A stretch of 35,407 nt of DNA. Source: a virus. Every line of letters starts with the position of its first letter. The stretch's first letter is position 1. Made by a program: the position numbers and the translations under genes. Shown in pieces: positions 8,165 to 15,381 of the stretch. The notes under the pieces were generated by a model that was given only the letters and a program-made list of their open reading frames with translations, was not told where the DNA came from and searched no databases. The stretch spans positions 1 to 35,407 of the IMG/VR virus record IMGVR_UViG_3300044557_000171. One strand, 5' to 3'.

Positions 8165-8365
8165 TTATTTAAACAAATCCCAAAATGAGAAGGTTGTTTT
8201 CTTATAAACTTTATTATAGGCTGCCTTTTTTGGATTTTTAATCCAACCCATGCCTTTTTTTCCATAACCAGGAAGAAGGGCTTTTTTTACTTTACGCTTA
8301 TATTTTGCAGTTGTTCTAGCTTTAAAACTTTTTGTAAAGCTAGGTTTTCTCATTCCAAATTTCAT
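8165..8365 (-). CDS. Hyperbasic 66-aa protein of unknown function
   Basis: RBS AGGAG. The product is very rich in K/R (…KYKRKVKKALLPGYGKKGMGWIKNPKKAAYNKVYKKTT…). Confidence 0.6.
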   Translation of the reverse strand: MKFGMRKPSFTKSFKARTTAKYKRKVKKALLPGYGKKGMGWIKNPKKAAYNKVYKKTTFSFWDLFK

Positions 8366-8379
8366 AAATACTCCTAAAT

Positions 8380-8967
8380 TTAAACAGTTCCGAATAACTG
8401 ATGAAATTCTGTTTCTGCCATATTATAAAAATTATGACTTAAATGATAGCGATCTAAAAAATGGTAAATATTTATACTTTCTATCACATCAAAATAGCTA
8501 ATATAATCAATAATATAATCATGCATTTCTTGCTTATTAATACTAACTTTTATTTCATCTTCAAAAATTTCAGTGATAGCTTCATGCATCTCTAAATATT
8601 CTTTTTTTATGATTGATTCAGCTAGTTCAAATGGTGATTCTGTTATATCTACAAACACATTAAAATATTCATAGCTTGCCCCATTGGCTTCAAATATTTC
8701 CCATAGAATTAGAATAGCTTCATGATTTGCTCTAACTTCTTGAGGATTTGTTGTATCATTTTCAGAACCTCTGCAGATATCTTTATTGATTACATGAGAA
8801 AGTTCGTGAGCGATTTTAAAAGCAGTTATTTTAGTTGGATTATAAATCATCAACTTTCTTTTGATATTAACCATTGCATTTTTAGGAAAGCAAGCATCAC
8901 AAGTAATATGAATATTGTGCTTTTCCATTTCTAAAAGAAGGTACTCTATCAATTCCTGTTTATTCAT
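8380..8967 (-). CDS. ImmA/IrrE-family zinc metalloprotease
   Basis: HEXXH motif in AHELSHV. It lies immediately downstream of, and is likely co-transcribed with, the HTH repressor (ImmR/ImmA arrangement). Confidence 0.8.
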   Translation of the reverse strand: MNKQELIEYLLLEMEKHNIHITCDACFPKNAMVNIKRKLMIYNPTKITAFKIAHELSHVINKDICRGSENDTTNPQEVRANHEAILILWEIFEANGASYEYFNVFVDITESPFELAESIIKKEYLEMHEAITEIFEDEIKVSINKQEMHDYIIDYISYFDVIESINIYHFLDRYHLSHNFYNMAETEFHQLFGTV

Positions 8968-8979
8968 AGAGACCTCCGA

Positions 8980-9609
8980 TTAGTCTGTTAGCTTGTCGCC
9001 ATAGATTGCAAATAACATTTTCTTCACATCATCACTGATGGGCTCTCCATCAAAAGATACCCACTCGTTCCAGTCAATACGAGGATCATCCCAAGAAGTT
9101 GGCTTTTTCTCACTAATAACTTTTTTTAAGTCAATTGGCTTAGGCGATTCTTTTAATTTAATTACTTCTACGCCACGTTCGATTAACTCATCAATGAAAA
9201 ATTGTTCAATTCTAAATTCAGTATATTGTCCACTTTTTTTATTATTTTCGGCATACTCATTCATGCTTCCAAGTACTTTTGCTCTAGCCAAATTGATTTC
9301 TTGGAGCAAGTCTGTATCTACAGTAGTGAGATGTTTAGTTTTAATTTCAAATTTACCATCATTATGTTTAATTGTTTCTACGAGGAAAGGAGCCCCATTA
9401 AACTTATAGTCAGCTTTTTTCTCACGTCCTAGTAAATAATCTACTGAAACACGAAAATAGTCGGCAACTTTTGCTAAATCTTCAGCTTTTGGTTTTGTTT
9501 TTTTCCATCCATAAATTGCATTTTCGCTTAATCCGATATCAAGAGCTACAGTTTTTACATTTTTCCCTTGCTTATCTGCAAGGGATTTTATTATTTCAAA
9601 TACAGTCAT
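8980..9609 (-). CDS. Phage repressor (XRE-type HTH, CI/ImmR-like)
   Basis: N-terminal HTH VKTVALDIGLSENAIYGWKK…VADYFRVSVDYLLG. No S24 peptidase motif is visible in the C-terminal part. Confidence 0.85.
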   Translation of the reverse strand: MTVFEIIKSLADKQGKNVKTVALDIGLSENAIYGWKKTKPKAEDLAKVADYFRVSVDYLLGREKKADYKFNGAPFLVETIKHNDGKFEIKTKHLTTVDTDLLQEINLARAKVLGSMNEYAENNKKSGQYTEFRIEQFFIDELIERGVEVIKLKESPKPIDLKKVISEKKPTSWDDPRIDWNEWVSFDGEPISDDVKKMLFAIYGDKLTD

Positions 9610-9663
9610 ATCAAGCCTTTCAAAGAGAAATAAAAATAAATACGAAAAATCATACTTTTTTGC

Positions 9664-9692
9664 TTGACAAATAGTACGAGTTTTCGTACAAT
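9664..9692 (+). promoter_or_regulatory. Rightward (lytic) promoter TTGACA-17-TACAAT
   Basis: Exact TTGACA at 9664-9669, a 17-nt spacer, then TACAAT at 9687-9692. It overlaps the operator palindrome. Confidence 0.7.
9674..9689. promoter_or_regulatory. Operator palindrome GTACGA-GTTT-TCGTAC
   Basis: Perfect 6-4-6 inverted repeat. Related half-sites lie at 9821-9830 (GTACGAAAAC) and 9641-9649 (TACGAAAAA). Confidence 0.65.
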
Positions 9693-9817
9693 ATGTTTTG
9701 TAAGTTAAAAGTTTGATAAATGTTCGAGAAAACGTTTGGTAAAAAACCTCAATAAATAACGATTAACGAGCTTGCAGGCAGTTATGTATATTTTTTAGGT
9801 GTTTTAACTATGCCTTT

Positions 9818-9846
9818 ATTGTACGAAAACTAATAATTTTTGTCAA
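9818..9846 (-). promoter_or_regulatory. Leftward (repressor) promoter TTGACA-17-TACAAT
   Basis: The reverse complement of 9818-9846 is TTGACAAAAATTATTAGTTTTCGTACAAT. It shares 14 nt (AGTTTTCGTACAAT) with the rightward promoter. Confidence 0.65.
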
Positions 9847-9916
9847 GTGAAAAATATGAATTCTCTAACTTTTTATCTAACTTTTATCAAACAATTGATA
9901 AAGAAAGGATAGAGTA

Positions 9917-10123
9917 ATGTCAGAAATTGAAAAAAACATGGATGCTCAACGATTGAAAATCAAGGCCTACCTTGATGAAAAAAAATGGACAAATGGTGCA
10001 TTAGTTCGGTTGACTGGGTATAACAAGGGTGATGTTTCTAGTATCATGAGTGGAAAAATGTATGGGACTCCATACGTAAATAACTTCATTACAATGGTTT
10101 GCGAAGCGTACGGTATCAAGTAA
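9917..10123 (+). CDS. Cro-like HTH regulator
   Basis: 68 aa and the first gene of the rightward operon. RBS AAAGGA. HTH-like NGALVRLTGYNKGDVSSIMSGK. Confidence 0.65.
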   Translation: MSEIEKNMDAQRLKIKAYLDEKKWTNGALVRLTGYNKGDVSSIMSGKMYGTPYVNNFITMVCEAYGIK

Positions 10124-10134
10124 AGGAGGAAATC

Positions 10135-10365
10135 ATGTTAAGAAAAAATCTAAAAAATGATTCTGATTATCCGCTGATTATGACTCGAGAACTAGCTGCT
10201 GAATTTATTGGTGTAAGTGGTCCTACCTTTGATAAGTATTATCGCTATGCACATAATTTCCCAGTTGTGAAAAATGGAGATGTTGAAGAAGCTTTCCCAC
10301 GGGACCCAATCATTAAATGGATTGCGGATAATTGGCAGTTATTGGAAAAAAGGAGAAAGAGATAG
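10135..10365 (+). CDS. Small DNA-binding protein, excisionase-like (HTH_17/MerR-type)
   Basis: The ATG at 10135 is preceded by AAGGAGGA. LIMTRELAAEFIGVSGPTFDKYYR resembles Xis/AlpA-type HTH sequences. Confidence 0.5.
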   Translation: MLRKNLKNDSDYPLIMTRELAAEFIGVSGPTFDKYYRYAHNFPVVKNGDVEEAFPRDPIIKWIADNWQLLEKRRKR

Positions 10366-10366
10366 A

Positions 10367-10621
10367 ATGCTCAAAATCAAACTTTTAAATAAATCTGACC
10401 AACAGTGGTTAGAGGGTCGCAAAGATGTTGAAGAACAACTGGAGATTTATAGTTCAATCCTCAACGCAAATGACCGTGTTCGAGCTATGAAACAACCACG
10501 AGCACAGCCCAGTGAGTCACTTGTTCATTATGCAAAAGAACAATCGCTTGGAATGTGGTTAGAAGAATCACCATTCTTAGCAGAAATGAAAAAAGCCCGC
10601 ACTGGTAATGCGAGCTGGTAG
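10367..10621 (+). CDS. Hypothetical early protein (84 aa)
   Basis: The ATG at 10367 follows AAAAGGAGAAAGAG, and the gene is tightly packed in the operon. Confidence 0.5.
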   Translation: MLKIKLLNKSDQQWLEGRKDVEEQLEIYSSILNANDRVRAMKQPRAQPSESLVHYAKEQSLGMWLEESPFLAEMKKARTGNASW

Positions 10622-10668
10622 AAAATTTTCCCAAAATTCTACCTTCATTATAACAAATTGGAGGAAAC

Positions 10669-11064
10669 ATGAAAAGCAATGTAAAATTTGATTTTACAAA
10701 AATCAAGAAAAGAACAGTTGGCGCTCGAAATATGATTTTGACACCGACTATCCATATTAGCAAAGGTGGAGATTTAGCGTTCTATTGTATCAATGTAACT
10801 GATACCCCCTATTTCAGAGTCGCAAAAACTGGGAACTTAATTGGACTAGAATTTAGCGATAAACAATTTAGTAATTCGTTCACATCTCGTGAAAGAGGAA
10901 GTGCCTTCTGTGCAGTTGCTCGTTCAGTGATTAAAGAAATTGAATTTGAAAAGTATATTGGAACTGATTATCATTCCGCTAACTTTGCACTACAAAAAGA
11001 ATCTGAAAATCTGTATTGGTTTGATTTAACTTCAACTGTCACTAAGTACAAGAAATTGAAGTAG
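10669..11064 (+). CDS. Hypothetical early protein (131 aa)
   Basis: RBS TGGAGGAAAC. No recognisable motif. Confidence 0.55.
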   Translation: MKSNVKFDFTKIKKRTVGARNMILTPTIHISKGGDLAFYCINVTDTPYFRVAKTGNLIGLEFSDKQFSNSFTSRERGSAFCAVARSVIKEIEFEKYIGTDYHSANFALQKESENLYWFDLTSTVTKYKKLK

Positions 11065-11071
11065 GTGCACT

Positions 11072-11281
11072 ATGATCAAAAATAAATTATTTTACTGGAT
11101 GGATAAACAGAAAGTTTCTATTTTAGAAATTAGTAAAGATACAGGACTATCAAGAACTACCCTGACAGATTTAAAGTTTCATAGAACCGCAAGGATTGAC
11201 CTTAGAACGTTAGAAACCTTATGTCAGTACTTCAACATTACTCCTGGAGAGTTTTTTGAATATAAACCAAAGGAAAAATAA
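11072..11281 (+). CDS. XRE/Cro-C1-type HTH protein (69 aa)
   Basis: VSILEISKDTGLSRTTLTDLKFHR…LETLCQYFNITPGEFFEY is a typical HTH_26-like layout. Confidence 0.7.
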   Translation: MIKNKLFYWMDKQKVSILEISKDTGLSRTTLTDLKFHRTARIDLRTLETLCQYFNITPGEFFEYKPKEK

Positions 11282-11284
11282 AAC

Positions 11285-12565
11285 ATGATAAAAATCAATA
11301 AATTAGAAATTGAAAATGTGAAGCGTGTCAAAGCAGTTTCACTTGAACCAACACAAAATGGACTGACCGTAATTGGTGGACGAAATGGCCAAGGTAAAAC
11401 ATCAATCCTTGATTCCATTGCATGGGCTTTGGGTGGTAATAAGTACAAACCTAGTCAACCGCATCGTGAAGGTAGCGTACTTCCTCCAAATCTTAAAATA
11501 TCATTGAGCAACGGTTTAGAAATCAAGCGTGATGGAAAAAACAGTGATTTGAAAGTCATTGATCCTAGCGGTCAAAAAGCCGGACAAAAACTTCTGGATA
11601 GTTTTGTAGAAGAATTTGCCCTCAATCTTCCAAAATTCATGGAATCATCAAATGTTGACAAAGCTAGAACATTACTTCAAATCATTGGAGTTGGTGACAA
11701 ACTCGCAGAGTTCGAGAAAAAAGAACAAGAACTTTATAATGAACGTTTGGTTATTGGACGAGTTGCAGACCAGAAAAAGAAATTTGCTGCTGAAATGACC
11801 TACTTTCAGGAAGCACCCAAAGAGCTTATCAGTGTGTCTGAACTTATTCAGGAACAACAAGCTATTCTTGCTAAGAATGCTGAAAATGAGCGACTGAGAG
11901 GGCAAAGGGATAGTCTGAAACAACGTCAAACACAGCTTGATTCTGAAATTGCACGATTAATTGAAGAAAAAGCCAAAGTTGACCAACAACTTGAAATTGC
12001 TGAAAAAGATGCACTTGATTTACATGATGAATCAACTGAACAACTTGAGTACAGCATCAGCAATACCGAAGAAATCAATCGCAAAGTCCGTGCCAATCTT
12101 GACAAAGACAAAGCCGAACAAGATGCTCAAGTTGAAAAAGAAAAATATGATAACTTGAGCGCTCAAATTGACCGTATTCGTTTAGATAAAAATCAGTTGT
12201 TAGAAGATGCAGATTTGCCTTTGCCTGGTCTGTCAGTAGCAGAAGGAGAACTTCTTTACAAAGGTCAACGCTGGGACAACATGTCCGGAGCTGAACAACT
12301 TAAAGTTTCAACCGCAATTGTTCGCAAACTTAATCCAGAATGTGGTTTTATCTTGATTGATAAGTTAGAGCAGATGGACTTAGACACATTGAAAGAATTT
12401 GGCCAATGGCTCGAACAAGAACAATTACAAGCGATTGCCACAAGAGTTTCAACTGGTGACGAGTGTTCTATTATCATCTCTGATGGTTATGGAGAAAAAA
12501 CTGAACAAGCGTCTGTGATTGAAACACAACCAGTTCAGCCAGAACAAACAAAATATCAGTTTTAA
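11285..12565 (+). CDS. SMC/Rad50-like AAA ATPase with a central coiled coil
   Basis: Walker A GGRNGQGKTS near the N-terminus, a long E/K/Q/L-rich coiled segment, and C-terminal LSGAEQ-like (MSGAEQLKVS) and Walker B-like (FILIDKLE) motifs. Confidence 0.75.
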   Translation: MIKINKLEIENVKRVKAVSLEPTQNGLTVIGGRNGQGKTSILDSIAWALGGNKYKPSQPHREGSVLPPNLKISLSNGLEIKRDGKNSDLKVIDPSGQKAGQKLLDSFVEEFALNLPKFMESSNVDKARTLLQIIGVGDKLAEFEKKEQELYNERLVIGRVADQKKKFAAEMTYFQEAPKELISVSELIQEQQAILAKNAENERLRGQRDSLKQRQTQLDSEIARLIEEKAKVDQQLEIAEKDALDLHDESTEQLEYSISNTEEINRKVRANLDKDKAEQDAQVEKEKYDNLSAQIDRIRLDKNQLLEDADLPLPGLSVAEGELLYKGQRWDNMSGAEQLKVSTAIVRKLNPECGFILIDKLEQMDLDTLKEFGQWLEQEQLQAIATRVSTGDECSIIISDGYGEKTEQASVIETQPVQPEQTKYQF

Positions 12566-12576
12566 GGTGGTGGATT

Positions 12577-13194
12577 ATGGAAATGAAACAGATTCCAGAC
12601 TATCCTAACTATGCTGTGACTAGAGATGGGAGAGTTTGGTCCTATAACAGAAATAAATTTGTATATCGTTACCCAAGTTCTACGGGACATGTTGTCTCTT
12701 TATGGCATGAGGGTTTGAAATTTATGAAACATGTTCGAAGACTAGTTTTTGAGGTTTTTAATGGATGTGTTCCAGAAGTTGTTACTCATAAAGACGGAAA
12801 TATTTTTAACAATAGCATTGAAAACCTAGTAGGGATGACGAGAAGTGAGGTCAGTAAAATAATTAGCAAAAACCTTATTAGAAAAGTTAAGCCAATCTGT
12901 AGAGTTGAAATTGCTACAGGTAAATTAGATATTGTTGAAATTCGCAAAAAAGATAAAGACTATGTAAAAATTCATCAAGCGGTAACGCGGAAATCTCTCA
13001 CAAGTGGTGGCTGTTTCTACTATTACCCTGATGAAAAAGGTGAATTAATTGCTGAAATAAGCGCACACATTCACTCAAACGAACTTACTTTAAATGGGCT
13101 ATTGCTACAAGACAAATATAACCCATTTATTCCTGTAGTAAAAAAGCACATAAGAACGAATAAAAATTATCTTGAAATACTAGAAAAAATATGA
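12577..13194 (+). CDS. HNH homing endonuclease (NUMOD4 plus HNH_3-like)
   Basis: IPDYPNYAVTRDGRVWSY is a NUMOD4-type N-terminus. HKDGNIFNNSIENL is an HNH-type motif. RBS AAGGTGGTGG. Confidence 0.8.
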   Translation: MEMKQIPDYPNYAVTRDGRVWSYNRNKFVYRYPSSTGHVVSLWHEGLKFMKHVRRLVFEVFNGCVPEVVTHKDGNIFNNSIENLVGMTRSEVSKIISKNLIRKVKPICRVEIATGKLDIVEIRKKDKDYVKIHQAVTRKSLTSGGCFYYYPDEKGELIAEISAHIHSNELTLNGLLLQDKYNPFIPVVKKHIRTNKNYLEILEKI

Positions 13195-13205
13195 AGGTGG
13201 AAAAT

Positions 13206-13463
13206 ATGGGATTAGCAAGTTTAGTTCTTGATATTCCTGGCAATGTTGAAATCATTAAAAATTCAATGATGAGATGGCAAAAGGCCAGAGTGTCACGAAT
13301 GAAATTTTCTGAAATCACTCAAAAGGGAAACAATTTTTCAGGCAATAGATGGAAAATTATTGGTGAAGATGGTGAACTTTTAGACAATGCACAAGGTTAT
13401 GGCTTTAAATCACCTTACAATGCTCAAAAAGTCATTGATTATATGAATGGAAGGAAAAAATAA
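13206..13463 (+). CDS. Hypothetical protein (85 aa)
   Basis: The ATG at 13206 follows GAAGGTGGAAAA. The upstream ATG at 13191 overlaps the HNH stop and lacks an RBS. Confidence 0.5.
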   Translation: MGLASLVLDIPGNVEIIKNSMMRWQKARVSRMKFSEITQKGNNFSGNRWKIIGEDGELLDNAQGYGFKSPYNAQKVIDYMNGRKK

Positions 13464-14508
13464 ATTGGCATTTAACATTACAAGCGGTCCAACTGCTACC
13501 GCTCAAAAAGTAGTTTTGTATGGAGTAGAAGGAATTGGAAAGTCAACCTTTGCTTCACAGTTTCCGTCCCCAATCTTCATTGATACAGAGGGTTCAACTT
13601 CAAACATGAATGTCAACCGAATGGATAAGCCTACCAGTTGGCAAATGTTAATTGATGAAGTGAACTACATCAAGCAGACTCAAATGTGCGACACTTTGGT
13701 TCTTGATACAGCAGACTGGGCGGAAACATTAGCCAATCAAGCTGTTATTGCTAGTGATATTAATGCACAGTCTATTGAAGACTTTGGATACGGCAAAGGC
13801 TACACAATGGTCAAAGAGAAGTTTGGGAAATTACTCAATCTTTTATCTGAACTGACAGAAATTGGAATCAATGTCGTTATTACAGCACATGCGGATATTA
13901 AAAAATTTGAAAAGCCGGATGAAATGGGAGCATTTGACCGTTATCAATTGAAGCTTTCAAAACAATGCGCTCCCTTGCTAAAAGAATGGGCTGATATGTT
14001 ACTGTTTGCGAATTATGAAACGACAATTGTTACTGACAGTAAAACCAAATCAAAAAAAGCTACTGGTGGTCAACGTGTCATGTTCACTACACACCATCCA
14101 GCTTGGGATGCTAAAAATCGTCATGGATTACCAGATAAACTACCCTTTGAATTTGGAGCAATTGCTCATGTTTTCCAAACACAAGTCGCTCCACCAGTTC
14201 AAACGCAACCACCAGTTGAGCAACCTCAACAAGAACAAGTAACTGCAGCAACCACGGTTGAAACACCTCAAGAAAACAATTTTGGACGTGAACCAAATAT
14301 TATTGATCCGGCAATACCAAAAGAATTGGCTCAACTGATGTCAGTAAATGAAGTGACAGAAGAAGAAATTCGTAGATTGGTAGCTGAAAAAGGCTTTAGA
14401 CCTTATGAAATGCCAGTCAAAGATTATCCAGATGATTTAATTCAAGGTGGTCTTGTTGCTCAATGGGACAAAATTTTCACAGAAATTAAAGCTAAAAGAG
14501 CTTACTAA
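13447..14508 (+). CDS. AAA_24 / Sak4-like RecA-fold ATPase (recombination)
   Basis: Walker A in VVLYGVEGIGKSTF and Walker B in TLVLDTA. A P/Q-rich linker is followed by a C-terminal domain. The start is ambiguous: ATG at 13447 or TTG at 13466 after GGAAGGA. Confidence 0.75.
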   Translation: MEGKNKLAFNITSGPTATAQKVVLYGVEGIGKSTFASQFPSPIFIDTEGSTSNMNVNRMDKPTSWQMLIDEVNYIKQTQMCDTLVLDTADWAETLANQAVIASDINAQSIEDFGYGKGYTMVKEKFGKLLNLLSELTEIGINVVITAHADIKKFEKPDEMGAFDRYQLKLSKQCAPLLKEWADMLLFANYETTIVTDSKTKSKKATGGQRVMFTTHHPAWDAKNRHGLPDKLPFEFGAIAHVFQTQVAPPVQTQPPVEQPQQEQVTAATTVETPQENNFGREPNIIDPAIPKELAQLMSVNEVTEEEIRRLVAEKGFRPYEMPVKDYPDDLIQGGLVAQWDKIFTEIKAKRAY

Positions 14509-14527
14509 ATAAAAGGAGAAATTAAAC

Positions 14528-15106
14528 ATGAACGATGATATGCAAATTTTAGGTTGGGACGATGAAGTAGAAGAAGGAAGCCCCTTTGTCCTCTTGCCAG
14601 AAGGTAATTATCCTTTCACAATTACAGGTCTTGAAAAAGGGATTTATGAGAAGCCGGCAAACCGTGAAAGCAAGATTCCTGCTAATTGTCCTAAAGCGAC
14701 AGTAACATTGGAATTCACAACACCTACTGGTGAAAAATCAACACTGACAGAAAACTTCTATCTTTATAAGAAAATGCAATGGAAGATTAATCAATTCTTC
14801 ACATCAATTGGTGCTCCTAAAAATCCAGAAGGTAAGGTAAGAATGAACTGGGGCACTGTATTAGGCGCAAAAGGTACGGCAAGTCTTGTTGTTAATGACT
14901 ATACTGACCGTTCTGGGAATCCAGCTCAAAACAATAGAATTAAAGATTTTCTTGAACCAACTCAACAAACTGCAGCACCAGGTTACCAAGCTCCACAACA
15001 AAATTATCAACAACCACCAGTGCCAAATCAAGCCCCTCAACAAAATGTAACACCATTCCCACAACAAACTGCTGCACCTCAAAATGGCGCTGGCTATAAC
15101 TTTTAA
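14528..15106 (+). CDS. DUF669-like phage protein (putative ssDNA-binding partner of Sak4)
   Basis: It sits directly after the AAA_24 gene. The N-terminus is ILGWDDEVEEGSPFVLLPEGNY, and the C-terminal tail is Q/P-rich. Confidence 0.6.
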   Translation: MNDDMQILGWDDEVEEGSPFVLLPEGNYPFTITGLEKGIYEKPANRESKIPANCPKATVTLEFTTPTGEKSTLTENFYLYKKMQWKINQFFTSIGAPKNPEGKVRMNWGTVLGAKGTASLVVNDYTDRSGNPAQNNRIKDFLEPTQQTAAPGYQAPQQNYQQPPVPNQAPQQNVTPFPQQTAAPQNGAGYNF

Positions 15107-15120
15107 GAGGGAGATAGAAA

Positions 15121-15381
15121 ATGCTTGCAGAAAAAAATCTAACAGGTAAATTTAAATTTGAGTTTTCAGAAGCTGTAAAAAACTTCTCTCAATGGTTGGT
15201 AAGTATCGGTCAAGACTTCTCTTACAAAGAGAAAGACTATACTATCACAGCAAAATTTGAATGTGATGAAGATTATTATAATGCTGAGGCGAAAGCGCTT
15301 GAATTAGAAGGTAAAGCAAACCCTCAAATGAGCTTTGATTTAGAGGAGGATAATAATGGAACTCCGTCCGTATCAGAATGA
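15121..15381 (+). CDS. Hypothetical protein (86 aa)
   Basis: RBS GAGGGAG. Acidic small protein. Confidence 0.55.
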   Translation: MLAEKNLTGKFKFEFSEAVKNFSQWLVSIGQDFSYKEKDYTITAKFECDEDYYNAEAKALELEGKANPQMSFDLEEDNNGTPSVSE

